Assembly: GCF_006345805.1 (NCBI RefSeq)
Contig: NC_042999.1
Location: forward strand, 108,562,001-108,626,000
Direction of reading: 5' to 3'
DNA length: 64,000 nucleotides
Source of the DNA: Octopus sinensis
Lineage: Eukaryota
This document shows, piece by piece, positions 12,083 through 24,662 of the stretch; position 1 is the first letter of the stretch, and each line of letters starts with the position of its first letter. The translations under genes were made by a program, and so were the position numbers. The notes under the pieces are model-generated. The model searched no databases. It worked only from the letters and a program-made list of their open reading frames with translations, and was not told the origin of the DNA.

Positions 12083-13187
12083 CCTTTAGTTTATTTAGTC
12101 TATTAAACAACTCTCTTTTCTACTTTAATCTTGAGTGTTTAGGATTGTAGGAGGTATAAATTTGTAAAATACCTGCCCAATTCATCAAAACTGATTGAAA
12201 CTCCCTAAGCACAAGCAGCTACCTTTGTCCCCCAATATCATACAAAATGCCTATATTTATAAAATCATTAAAAGTTCAGCTAGCACAGAAAGTTGAATGT
12301 TGAGATATTAGAAGAAATGTCTCATGGTGAGTCTTCAATTTTTCCACTTAAAACATATAAGATTCATAACACTTTTCTTTCTTTGAGAAAGAAGTGTATT
12401 ATTGTAAAATCTGGTTTAATGTAAAACATGTTATCATGAATATTTGGAATAAATATGTTAGGTGTTGCCAGTGTTATGACTTGTCAATGTTATTGACTGT
12501 TAAAGGCTGAAATTACACTTTTTTTGTGTGCAAAAGCTGCACACAATAATATATTGTTCACAGAGTTATATCAATAATTTATAATTGTAATACTTCCATG
12601 GTAATTGTGTTACTGGATTATTGGTGATAGTCAATTCAAAGGAACAAGGTAACTATAGTATATAATTGGTTCAAACTTCTAGCATATAATGGCATATAAT
12701 TTCTAGTATATAGCACAAGCATGTAACAGGATTTAAAAGAACATAATTTGTTCAGATTTCTAGTATATGTTGGTGTTTAGACACAGTTGAACTCTAATCA
12801 AACTGGTCTATGAGCAAAATCATTTTTGTTGTGACTGTATTGTATTTAGCCAATGTTGGTTCCATATAAGTCATATATAATTCTATGTAAGGTTTCAAAC
12901 TCACTTGGCTTTGTGAACTGGATTAAAGCATAAACTTGATTTCATGGACTGGGTGGTGAAGACAATTAATTATTTCTGAAAGCCCATTTGTAATGTAGGC
13001 TAAAGTAGATGGATAACAATGTCAATATACATTATAACAACTTTATTAACAATAAAGAAAGGAAAAAATATGAGGTATTAGCAAAGTTGGTAAGCATATA
13101 TGTGTGGAGAAAACTGATCTCCATGGTGTATATGTGTGTGTGTATATATATATTATATATATATATAATATATATATATATATATAG

Positions 13188-13380
13188 TTAATCCAAACAA
13201 GAAAACACAGAAAAAAACAGCAACGTGAGGACGTGGAACAATTAAAGTATTATTTGACGCTCAGGAAAGAAGGGAAGGAGGGTTTAACGTTTCGAGCAGA
13301 GCTCTTCGTCGGAAACAAGGAGAAGGGAAGACAGAGGGAAAAATATTTTTGCTGGTGGTGCTCAAGAGATCACATGTTGA
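13188..13380 (-). mobile_element. Penelope-like element terminal fragment between microsatellites
   Basis: Contains a CCGACGA-A-stem-GAAACG hammerhead layout of the kind found in Penelope-like repeats; more CpG-rich than its surroundings. Confidence 0.6.
13282..13316 (-). ncRNA. Minimal type I hammerhead ribozyme motif
   Basis: Minus strand GUUU-CCGACGA-A-GAGC-UCU-GCUC-GAA-AC-GUU-AAAC: helix I GUUU/AAAC, helix II GAGC/GCUC, palindromic ACGU helix III, core with U4C. Confidence 0.7.
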
Positions 13381-14339
13381 CACACACACACACACACACA
13401 CGCACATACATATATATAGTTCCATTAAATAAGAGTCCTTAGAGCAAGAATGGAGATGCAAATTACACAGATAAATGCACAGAGTTCTTGAGTATACCGA
13501 TGCTAGAGCAAGAGAAATCTTGAGCTCTTTATACAATAAATCCTTTCAATATCATTCAATCATTAGAATCCATCCAGATAAAGATGTGAGTAAATTTGAA
13601 AAAGAAAACGAAGAGAAAAATTTCCCTTTGTTTAAGCATGTATAGACAAAGTAAATGACAAACAGCTAATATCTTTTAATGTTTGGATTTATAAGTTTAT
13701 TTTTCATTGGTTGAGATAACAAAAGAATCCCAAAGATGCATTAATATGAATTACCAGAACTGGCATTAATCACTATTCCAGTCAGGTTCTGACTGAATGA
13801 ACACTAGTTGTATATATATTTTACAGTATATTTTAAAATTAAAAATAAAAATAGAATTTTCTTTTATGAATTTGGGGCAAGGACTGTAATAAACATTGGT
13901 GTGGGCTGGATCCGTTTGTAGACCATATGTTTGACATTCTTCTTATAAGTCATTTTAACAAGATTTTGAACTACAGTGTATGGCATATGAACACAAAATA
14001 TTATTTGAACTCAAACACTACTTCAGGGACAACTTGACTTGATACATTATAGCTGAAATAAAAACTTTTATTTAATAGTCTAAAGTAAATGCAGGTTCCC
14101 AGGTGTTTCTCAGTGAAAGGGATTGTGTAGTCGTTAGCATACTTTTGATGCTAAGCTGCCCTACATAACAAAATGCAATTATTTATTCTTAGTTATTTCA
14201 GTTGATTTGAGTTACAGACTTCCTTAAAACTCAATGGACAAAGTAATAATGGAATAATTATATTTCTGCCAAGGAAATAAAATACCATAATGATTTACTT
14301 CTTTTAACTGGGTACATAATCAATTATTTTAGCAGCAAG

Positions 14340-14430
14340 GTTATAATTTATTGAAATCAACCTTATGGATAGATAAATTAAATATATTTTATTAACCTAG
14401 AGAAAATGAAGGTCAAAGTTAACTTCAACA
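14340..14430 (-). mobile_element. SINE B, highly decayed
   Basis: ttattaacctagagaaaatgaaggtcaaagttaacttc resembles the B central block. Confidence 0.45.
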
Positions 14431-15427
14431 ACACGGGAAGGACAAAACTGAATATATAAAAGTATACATTTAATCCTGTGATTTACTGTCTTGGTCCTTG
14501 CTTACAAAAATATTACTGTCTAAAGACTATACAGACATTTCAATTTATTCTTATCTGATATATGAAGTTATATTTTTTTGCTTTATATTGTTTTTCTGAT
14601 GGTTTTGAATATATCTCATGTTTTCCACTCATAAAGAAAAATCTTCATTATTGGTATGTAAATTTATCAGAAATAAATATATATAAACTTTGTAACACAA
14701 TTTAATTCCCTAAAGAGGACTGTGCTGTCATAAATCACAAACAAGTGTTATTTTTTCAGTAATTAGGATCTATAATTATTCTTAACATTGTTCTGAGACT
14801 AAAGACAGATTAGAATGAAATTTAACTATTGAATTAGCTATATTTGAGTAGTTTGTGTTTTTTGTTAGTTTGGTTTTTATTCCTTCTAAGGCAGACACTA
14901 AATCACTTTAATGTCTTAATAATTTTTAATTATGTTGAATAATAGGACCAAAAAACATTATCAGAATACTTGCTATTTTAAATTGGTAAAACATATACTT
15001 CTGTATTGGAGTGAATAACTTGTAATGAACAAAATATTTTTAAGAATAGACTACATGATCGTCATCACTATGAAAGGATGGTTTTATTGATGAAAAAAGA
15101 ATTGGTTAAGGTGATAGATTTCTGCCTTAAAGGTGATGTGTCATTCAGAGATAAAACACAAAACTCAAGTGATAGTTGTAACTATGACTGCATAACATGG
15201 TTTTACATATGGAAACATATGGTTTTACAAAGTACTTGCCTGCTCTTGCAATCATTGTAAATTTTGTAAACTCAAAGAGCCATGGAGTCAGCAATATGGC
15301 TGAAGGAAAGTTTTTCTGGGAAGTATTCTGTACACTAAATTCACATAAATCAGGTCTTACATATAGTGAGTTGGAAAACTTCAATCAACTATCCATGCAA
15401 TTAATGGCCAAAAGCCCCATCTTTGAG

Positions 15428-15644
15428 TTAGCCTTTTAGTATTTAAACAGATCATGTCCAGCCCAGATATTCTACATGTTTTATGTTCAAACTAGCCCGA
15501 TTCAGCCTACCTTACAATGTTATAAAAATATACAATCACATCATTGAAATCTCAAAGCTACAAGATAATGCATGGTTAATTGAAAATAATTTGAATGAAT
15601 AAGCATTATTTTTGACAGAATAATGTGAACACTAAAGGCTTGAA
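15428..15644. mobile_element. piggyBac-like MITE (family P1), decayed full length
   Basis: Ends ttagccttttagtat / acactaaaggcttgaa approximate TTAACCCTTTAGCAT TIRs; interior shared with 8305-8417. Confidence 0.65.
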
Positions 15645-15799
15645 CATTAAAACAACAAGCAAAGGGCGTAACTTGAATTTGTTGATAGAAAGTTTTGGAT
15701 AATAAAGTGAGCATGTTTCCTTTTGATTATAACTTCTTAGTGAAGCATATTCTACTCACTTGGTGAGAATATAACTAATCAAGATTTAGATTTATTTCA

Positions 15800-15960
15800 G
15801 GAACCCATGTAGTTTTGGGCTCAGTCCTGCCCAAGATGTTGTACAATGGGACAACACCTTGGATAAGTGTTTTACTATGTAGCCCTGAAATGATCAAAGC
15901 CTTGTGGGTAGATTTGGTTGACAGAAACTAATCATGGGTGTGTTTTTGTGTGTGTTTACA
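15800..15960 (+). mobile_element. SINE A head, decayed
   Basis: caccttggataagtgttt...caaagccttgtgggtagatttggttgacagaaact. Confidence 0.7.
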
Positions 15961-16844
15961 TTTGTACTTTTCCAAATGCTGTTCAGTTATGGGTTGTGAG
16001 GTTGCTGTCATTTCCTATGTCAATGAGTCATCTTCTGGCTTTGTGCCTTAGAGAACATTTAGAATAAGACTTTACTTACATGAAAAACAAGTATTAGTGA
16101 CAAGAACTTTGTACAGCCCAGGGTATATTTGAAGACACTTGCCGATGTGACACACAGTGGGTTGTTACATATTTTATCAACTGTAAACTGAAGTATGAAA
16201 GGTAAAAGTGACACTGACATAAAAACTTCATTTAAAAAGAAAACCATTTTGAAGGAATGGGTAACTAGCAACTAAAGCATTTTCCTGTAGTAGATATATA
16301 AAAAAAAACTTAGGAATGCAATTATGTACTTAGCAAAAACTGAATAGTTACAGTACAACTGTTTGGGTAAAGTATAATCTAATTGTATTATTTGAATCAA
16401 AGCATTAAGGTGTTATATGTAACTACGATTTTCTTCTTTTTTTTTTTTTCTAATTTAAATTATCTTATGCAAATGAAACTAGTTTACTTTTCCCCAAGCA
16501 ATTATATCATGAAACCATATTTTACAGTATAGGACTGTTTTCAAATTGTATTTTCTTTTGTTTTTAGCACATCCATTTTGTAAAACTCTGTGATTTCAAT
16601 GTATTTACTTAAGTCTACATGTTTTATTTGTTTAAGTTGATATATCTTATTACTGTAATGTTATATATATATACATACATCTGGTGGAAATAGATTTGAA
16701 TATATCACATACATACCAATGCACAAACATACGGCCATATGCACTTAATTCAGAAACTTCAGTTATGTGTTAAATGTGGCATAGCAACAATGAAAAAATT
16801 GCTTTGTGCTTGTTACTTTAGGTAGAACTTCCTCATACATATGT

Positions 16845-17120
16845 GTTGTGTGTGTGTATGTGTGTGCATGTGTGTATATGTATCAAAATGTATATGTGGA
16901 TATGTATTTACATGTATGTGTATATATATATATATGTATCTGTGCATGTGTGTATGTATATAGATAGATAGATAGGTATATATATGCATATATATATATA
17001 TATTATATATATATATACCTATGCATGTGTATGTGTGTATATGTATGTGTAAATATATATATATATGTATGTATGTATATCTGTGTGTGTGTGCGTGCGT
17101 GCACATATGTAGATATATAC
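16845..17120. repeat. Compound (TG)/(TA)/(TAGA) microsatellite
   Basis: Direct reading. Confidence 0.95.
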
Positions 17121-17369
17121 ATATGAATCTTATTTTTATTTTCCTAGTAACATCACAATAATAAATCTTTTCTGTATTATAACACTATTGATTCATTCAG
17201 AAAGGATTATTAATGCATTGATGGTTAAACAAAATATCAGCTAGTTTCATTCAGTAAATTCAATGTAAACAATAGATTCAGGATCAATGAGTACACTTAG
17301 TAATGTAATCCATATGGTTAAAGTAGTGATTCGACTTTGTAGTTACAAACTTTAGAAGAAAACAAGGAA

Positions 17370-17600
17370 GGATGGTGATGATGATGATGAGGAGGAGGAG
17401 GAGGATGTAAATCAATCAGAAAATAATAATAATATTAATAATAATAATAATAAAATTAATAATAATAATAGTAATAATAATAATTAATAATAATAATAGT
17501 AATAATAATAGTAATAATAATAATAATAATAAAATTAATAATAATGATAATAATAATAGTAATATTATCATTAATAATAATGATAATAATAATAGTAATA
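17370..17600. repeat. (GAT)(GAG) then (AAT)n/(AGT) microsatellite
   Basis: Direct reading. Confidence 0.95.
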
Positions 17601-17678
17601 AATTGTCTTAACTGGTACATCACACGTATTGAGAAGAGCAATTGTCTTAACTGGTACATCACACGTATTGAGAAGAGC
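17601..17678. repeat. Perfect 39-bp tandem duplication
   Basis: aattgtcttaactggtacatcacacgtattgagaagagc x2, plus partial attgtc. Confidence 0.97.
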
Positions 17679-17859
17679 ATTGTCGATGTGAGAACTGTTG
17701 CTGTTCATGTATTTTAATTTAACTTAAAAAAACAAAAAAAATGAACGAACTATTGAGTTTGGTTTAATGGCCTACCAATGTATACTATGAGTTTCTTTGC
17801 CCTAGGAGTCGGGAAGACACTCGGCAAGAAATGGAAGCAAATTTGAAAGAAGAAAAAAA

Positions 17860-17872
17860 AGTAATAATAATA

Positions 17873-17903
<31 letters not shown>

Positions 17904-17990
17904 TAGTAATAGTAATAGTAATACTAATAATAATAATAATAATAATAGTAATACTACTAATAATAATAATAATGGTAATAATAGTAATTA
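17860..17990. repeat. (AAT)n/(AGT) microsatellite (tail of adjacent minus-strand SINE B)
   Basis: Direct reading. Confidence 0.93.
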
Positions 17991-17992
17991 TA

Positions 17993-18465
17993 GAAATGGT
18001 TTCGAATTTTTGCACAAGGTTAGCAATTTCAAAATAGGGGATAAGTTGCTTACATCGAACCCAGTGATCAGCTGGTACTTATTTTATTGACCCCCAAAAA
18101 GATGAAAGGCAAAATCAACCTCAAAATAATATTAGTTATAATAACAACAATCATTTCTATTATAGACATAAGGCCTGAAATTTGTTGCGATGGGGGTTAC
18201 TTGTCTATTATTGACCTCAGCACTCAACGGGTACATTTTTTTATCAACCCCAAAATTCTTTCTAAATCTGGTATACAGCCAGCAATTTTGAGGTAGGGGT
18301 CAAGTTGTTTATATTGACTCCAGGATATAACTTGTTGACTGGCACTGTATTTTACAGATCCCCAAAAGGGTGAAAGGCAAAGTTGACCTTAATGATACTT
18401 GAACTCAAAACAAGGTGCTAGAAGAAACACCACTAAGCATTTTTTCCATAATGCTAATGATGCTG
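17993..18465 (-). mobile_element. Three tandem SINE B fragments
   Basis: B 3' blocks restart at ~17993, ~18150 and ~18260; only the last retains the head (ctaagcattttttcc...gctaatga). Confidence 0.75.
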
Positions 18466-18671
18466 TCTCGACCTGAAGAAAATTCTAACAAGGCCTCACC
18501 TGCAAGATCATGTACTGTTTATCTAGATATGAGTGCACCATGTTGCACACATAAGGTTGTGATGCATGTGCTTGGTCTGCTCTTATCAGACACATAGTCA
18601 TGATGGGTATATTGAGCTTTGATTATTTATACCTCAGTGTCACTTTGGTGGCATGTGCTGTTCTTTCACGC

Positions 18672-18894
18672 AATAATAATAATAATAATAATAATAATGA
18701 TAATAATAATCGTTTAACGTCCGTTTTCCATGCTAGCATGGGTTGGACAGTTGGATGGTTCGACTGGGGTCTGAGAAGCCAGGAGGTTGCACCAGGCTCC
18801 AGTCTGATCTGGCAGTGTTTCTACAGCTGGATGCACTTCCTAACGTCAACCACTCCGTAAGTGTAGTGAGTGCTTTTTATGTGTCACCGGTATG
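18672..18894 (-). mobile_element. RTE-LINE 3' tail with (AAT)n
   Basis: cgtttaacgtccgttttCCATGCTAGCATGGgttggac...gtgctttttatgtgtcaccgg. Confidence 0.9.
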
Positions 18895-18957
18895 TAAATA
18901 TTAATAATATATTAATGAAATATTAATAATATTAATATTAATAATAATAATAATAAT

Positions 18958-19066
18958 AGTTTCTTATTTAGGCACAAGGCCAGAAACTTTGAGGAGAGAG
19001 GATTAGTGAATACATCATCCCCAGTATTTGACTGGTATTTTATTATATTAACCCTAAAAGGATAAG
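18958..19066 (-). mobile_element. SINE B 3' part
   Basis: ggcacaaggccag...ccccagtatttgactggta..aaccctaaaaggat. Confidence 0.7.
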
Positions 19067-19299
19067 ACATATATAAGCAAATATGGAGAAAAATGTAAAA
19101 AAGAATTCACGTGCCTAAATACTGGGCAAGATTGCTCACATTATGTAACACCTTCCAACAGAGATATCTTTCATTTCAAACTGCTATTTTTTATTTCAAC
19201 TTCACAGTGGCCACTGTGTGGAAAACATTTGCCTTTTGGGCTCATATTTCAATTGATTTTGAAAATAATCAAGAATCTGGAAGCCTGTCATTAGAGGAC

Positions 19300-19457
19300 T
19301 TTCTATCTAGCTGATATTTAGAATATATCTTAACAAAATGGTTCTTACCACAAATTATGATGAAAAATTTAGATTTAAATATGAGCTGATTATAAAAGAG
19401 AAAGTTTTATCATAGAACCAGAAACAGTTTCAGGTAGGTTGTTATCAAAAGGTTGAA
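19300..19457. mobile_element. piggyBac-like MITE P2, partial
   Basis: tatcatagaaccag...ttgttatcaaaaggttgaa matches the end of 1537-1759. Confidence 0.55.
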
Positions 19458-19759
19458 AATATTGTTGAAATCTATGAAGTAGTTATTTATAAAGTTGGAC
19501 ATGTTCAGGTCCAGTAAATAAACTTTTATGTTTAAATAGTGACTTTTATTAATCTTTTGACAGCATAGTTGCTATCATAGTTGACTGCTTGTGTTGAACA
19601 AATTTATGAACAACTGTTTTGAAAGACACCTATTCTTGAAAATGTTACTGTAACTAAACATTGTTATTAAAATACAACTATTTTATAAATCTGTGGCTTC
19701 ATGATTATAAAAACAGTGATTGTTATGTAACCCAAACATATTTTTAAATCAAAAAGTGA

Positions 19760-19890
19760 GTATGGCCATGGAGTTCACTATGTAAGGAATTTCAAGTTCA
19801 TGACACCCTTGTTAGGTATCTTATAACATAGTGTCAGATGACTGAAGCCTTGTAAGTGAAATTTGGTAGACAGAAACTGTGTAGAATACC
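19760..19890 (+). mobile_element. SINE A, decayed
   Basis: gaagccttgtaagtgaaatttggtagacagaaactg. Confidence 0.65.
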
Positions 19891-21409
19891 TTTGGAAAAA
19901 ACATTCATGTATTTTGATAGCAGACTTCACTTGTAACTTGGTTAACATCACAATCTGGTCATAAGATGACTGTAACAGAATTTACTGTTTTATAAGTATT
20001 TGGGCCAGTTCTTTGATCTGAGAATAACTGTCTCTCTGTTCTAGGATGCTTTGAAAAGTGTCCAGTACACTGCCCTTTATGCTCTGACTTATCCATTAAA
20101 CAAAAAACAAAAAAATATAGTAAAATGTGCATTTTTTAAAAAATCAAATGTATACAGGCAAAATGTTGTAAACGGTGGAAGCTTCATTTTAGCTTGGCAC
20201 TGTTTAATGTACACTTTAAGGACATGCTCAATGTGTTATCTGTTTATATATGATGAAACTAAGAATTTATAGGTTTTGCTTTATGGAATGATGCTGCTCA
20301 CTATGATTAAGGAATATTTGTATGAGCACTGTTAACTAAGGTTGGAAAAATATTTTAAAATGTGCAGAAACTAGCAATACTTTAGGAAATCTGGTATCTT
20401 ATTCAATAAATATTTGTCATAAGTGCTTTCAAAAATATTTTTCCTGCTCGTACAGCTGGGGAATTATATGTGATTTTATCCTTCCTGCCACCCACTAAAA
20501 CCTAAACATAAACCTACTACTTCCTTATTATTCACACATTTTTTTCACCTCTCACTCACTCTGCTAAACAATTTACATAATACTTTTTTCTGAGAATTTA
20601 TCCCTTTGGAACTTACTCCCTGTTTACACCCTGAAGTTAATAAATGCCAACAGTTCCAACTTAACATTGACTACATGTCCTTACCTCATTTCTCTTTAAC
20701 TCTGTTTCGAGGAACTGGAAAGCTATAGATAATGTTCTTCATTCTCAGAACATCATCTTAAGAAAAATATATTTGTATACAATTAAGTAACATAATTATA
20801 TATGGTATTTCCTAAGCATGATCAAGATTCACTAGTCAAAACTAGTCAAACAATAAAAATATTGTGATTTCTTTAGATGGGTATAAAAATAAAGAAAATT
20901 ATGATATTAAACAAATTTATCTAATGTGTGTTGGGTTTCATTATTAAATTAAAGATATGAGAAAATTTTTCTCCTTGCAAGTTTGTTTCATTGCAGATAT
21001 TTCTCCTATATTCATCAATTATTAGTCATCTTAATTGCACTCTCATTACTCCTTTACTGATTCCACTTGCTAGAGCACTACTATCAGTGCTTTTACTTTT
21101 GTAAATTAACAAGACACTATTAAAATAAAGCCTACTCAATTTGTTCCTCTCCTATCACAACAAATCTTCGACACACACTGCACATATATCCCAGTAATTC
21201 AACATCATGTCTCATGGTCTGTAGTTATAATTAAAAAAACATTTTCTCCTCCACCACCCCTGTTCCTAACCATTAAGCTATCACAGGCTCTCACTCAACC
21301 ACTACTTAGCAGAACTTGTTTTGAGTTAATTATACATTAGTTATTTTTTCTGAGATATTTCCCAAAATGCAGACAGATTTAAATACTTTGTTTTAAGTGT
21401 TGTAGTGGC

Positions 21410-21570
21410 TACAAGCACAGCTATGTTGGCTAAGAAGTTTGTTTCCCAACAACATGGATTCTGGTTCCATCCCACTATGCAACACCTCGGCCAGATATGT
21501 TCTGTTATAGACTTGGACTAGAATTTGTGGTTAATAGAAATTACACAAACCCATTGTGTGTGTGATGTGT
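21410..21570 (+). mobile_element. SINE A head, decayed
   Basis: taagaagtttgtttcccaacaacatggattctggttccatcccact. Confidence 0.65.
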
Positions 21571-22552
21571 GCATGTGTCTGTATTCAATATATATCAGTA
21601 AGGGAGGTATACTATGGGGAGATGATACATTCAGAAAAAAGTATCTTGAGATATTTATTCTATCCAAATTGTATAGACACACCCTTATCACTCTTGCCAT
21701 TGGAAATGCAGTGAACCAGTGATTGGCCCATTGAAAACTTATAATAGCCAACAATGTTATTGTTCATAAAATGCATGATATAAAAATAACATATATATAT
21801 AATAACATATCTCACTGTTCATAAATATGGATGACACTGACAAATTGTTTAATATACAATATTATAAAAGAAGAAAATGGGTCCCTTTATTATAGACAGG
21901 ATGACTTTTATATAAGCATTAATTTTTACAGTTGGTTGCTCTTCCTACTATTTACCACTTAAATAGAACTTATCTATAAAGAAAACTGCACCATGTTTTC
22001 ATGTTCAACACAATGGCTGAGGTCACAAGTCTACTATATTCACCTTTATAAGATTTTCCTTTTAAAAAAGTAACAAAACAAAACAAAAAACAAAAACAGG
22101 CATATTTACAATTACAGTGATAAAATATATGAAATCTCTCCAATGTTTTTTTTAGTAAATATTAAGGTTTCTCAATATGAAGCTGATTTCTATTACATAA
22201 TGTAATGGGTTTCAGCGAGATAATGCTGGAGTCTAACTGTTTCTATAAGAAATAAAATACTGAAACAAATTTTGCTTTATTAGCAGTGTGGGAATTTGAA
22301 TAAAGAATTGGATGTAATAAAAGATATTCTGATAGTGATGGCTAAACAACTTTCTACACAGCTAGAGTACTATATGAGATATTAGGTACACACTATTAGT
22401 TTCAGTTGAAGAGTTTACTGGGTTATCGTATATTTTTATTCTTTTACTATGAACATTTTGTATCTTCGAGTAATCTGATACCATTCAAATATTTATCACT
22501 AGTTATCCATTCAACTGATAAATACATGTATGGTCTGGTTCATCATATAAGT

Positions 22553-22626
22553 GGGTGTGTACATGTGTGAAAAATGTGTGTATATACACATACACACCAA
22601 TGTGTATGTATACATAGACATGCACA

Positions 22627-22658
<32 letters not shown>

Positions 22659-22706
22659 CACACACATATATATACATACAGGTACATATACACATACATG
22701 CACACT

Positions 22707-22739
<33 letters not shown>

Positions 22740-22765
22740 ATATATATGCATACACTTAACATGCA

Positions 22766-22802
<37 letters not shown>

Positions 22803-22803
22803 C
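22553..22803. repeat. Compound (TG)/(TA)/(CA) microsatellite
   Basis: Direct reading. Confidence 0.95.
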
Positions 22804-22804
22804 T

Positions 22805-23238
22805 GTATCATCATTGTTTTAACATTCACTTTCCCATGTTTGCATGAGTCAGGCACAATTTATTGAAGCAGATTTTATACAGCTGGATGCCCTTCCTGTT
22901 GCCAACACTCACCTGTTTCTAATGAAGGTAAATAGTTCACCACGGCCAGACATGTTTTCCTGGGAGATTGGAAACAAACTACTTCATATGTATGACAATG
23001 GTGCTCATTTACAATCATCATGCAATGTCAAGACAAGTGTACACACATGCCCACCACCACTTTATATATGAATATATATTAGGCTTCTTTTAGTTTTTGT
23101 CTACCATATTCACTGAAAAGGTTTTACCTAGCATGGGGCTTGAGACTATAGTAAAAGACACTTTCCCAAGATGCCACACAGTGGGATTGAACCTGAAATG
23201 TGTAGCTATGCCTCTACCTATAACCATGCCTGTGCCTA
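22805..23238 (-). mobile_element. SINE A head joined to RTE-type tail (type A2), full length
   Basis: A head at 23100-23238; gatgcccttcctgttgccaac + ccatgtttgcatg + (CAT) tail at 22805-22900. Confidence 0.8.
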
Positions 23239-23243
23239 TTAAC

Positions 23244-23277
<34 letters not shown>

Positions 23278-23282
23278 AGATA

Positions 23283-23760
23283 GAGAAGCCTTGTGTATAT
23301 ACCATCAAGGGGACCTTGAAACACCTTCTTCATGGTGAAGGTTTTGTCTCTATAGAGTAGAGTAGAATGTGCTCTATACACACACTGAAGATGTCCAGTC
23401 ATATTGACTTTGAAATATTTGGTTGCCAGATGTTGTAAAGCTTGTTACAGGCACTCCAGTCTTGTCCTTTAGATGTCAAGAAATCTTTCTTACTGTCAGC
23501 AATGGTACTCCGAATCACCGATCTCTTTGAGTTGTGAACCATCATTGGAACAATTTGGCAGGTGGCTTTTATTCTAACTGATGACCAAAACATCTCAGGA
23601 TATGAACACAAGACCTAACTTATATGGATACTTTCCACTCATCTCTACTATTGTTGTTCACTGCAGAGCAGTAATTGCTAGCCACTGCTATCATACTGAA
23701 CACCAAGCCATATCAGATGGTATATTTTGGAATTTCCCATACCCTGATAGAATACAAAGA
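23283..23760 (-). mobile_element. Second RTE-type LINE family, decayed RT C-terminal fragment (no PHD)
   Basis: Translates to STIADSKKDFLTSKGQDWSACNKLYNIWQPNISKS...TFTMKKVFQGPLDGIYTRLL, matching the RTE post-RT region (R..KAW.A..KL..IW...LLYG.ETW...LD....RLL). Confidence 0.7.
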
Positions 23761-24094
23761 CTGCATTGACATTTTCAGAAGAGGCACACTACTAACTTAC
23801 TAATGTTTGTGTGAACAGAAATTCCTGGTATTATATGGTGAAACACATTAGAGTTGCAGCTACTTGAAGGAGAAAGGAGGAGGAAGAAATGTGTATTTAC
23901 ACATATGTGTGAGTCTATGGCTATGTGGATATATTCCTGTACGTGCATGATTGCATGTCCATCTGTGGAGAGATATGTCTGTATGTGTACATATGTATAT
24001 TTATCTATACATATATGTGTTTGTGTCTGTACATATATTTATATATATATATATATATATATATAAATATATGATTTATAAACATATACATGCA

Positions 24095-24400
24095 GCCATA
24101 TGTTTGTTTAGCTGAATGTATCCCCATGGTAGATTTTGTCTACAGCTGGACACCCTTCCTAAACCATCCACTGCGAGAGTGTATTGGGTGCTCTTCACAT
24201 GCCACCGGCATGAGTGCCATTTTCTTAACACCAGCAATTACAATTTTGCTTGGATTGACAAGACTTCTCAAGCACAGCATATCGCAAAAGGTCTCAGTCA
24301 CTTGTCATTGCCTCTGTGAGACCCAATATTCGAAGATCATGCTTCACCATCTTGTCCCATGTTTTCTTGGGTTTATCTCTTCCACATAAAGAGAGAAAGG
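24095..24400 (-). mobile_element. RTE-LINE ORF2 C-terminus + 3' UTR
   Basis: GRDKPKKTWDKMVKHDLRILGLTEAMTSD matches GRPRKTWDKVTKHNLRTVGPTEAMTGD of copy 2. Confidence 0.85.
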
Positions 24401-24662
24401 GACAGACAACATATGCTCTTACACATGATATATTTCTGTAGTGCAAACCTTCAAACATCATCACTGTTTCCAAATCCTCCTGCATTCCCATAGAATTATT
24501 GGTCCTCCAAAGATGACTTGGTGTACAAGTCAACCTTCCTTCTTTTGGGCTGAAATTCTTCCTCTCAAAAATTCAACCTGTATAACAATATATATATGGT
24601 ATTAAGAAATACACTCTGCTCAAAACAAAATTCAATAGTTTTCATATTTAATATTTATATAT

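Noticed and set aside
16074-16190. Minus-strand exon-like segment with good acceptor and GTAAGT donor
   Set aside because: The interior is a decayed SINE A head (cccactgtgtgtcacatcggcaagtgtctt), the peptide is unrecognisable and the strand is opposite to the only gene seen.
17456-18037. Poly-Ile 'transmembrane-like' ORFs
   Set aside because: Translations of (AAT)n/(ATT)n tracts.
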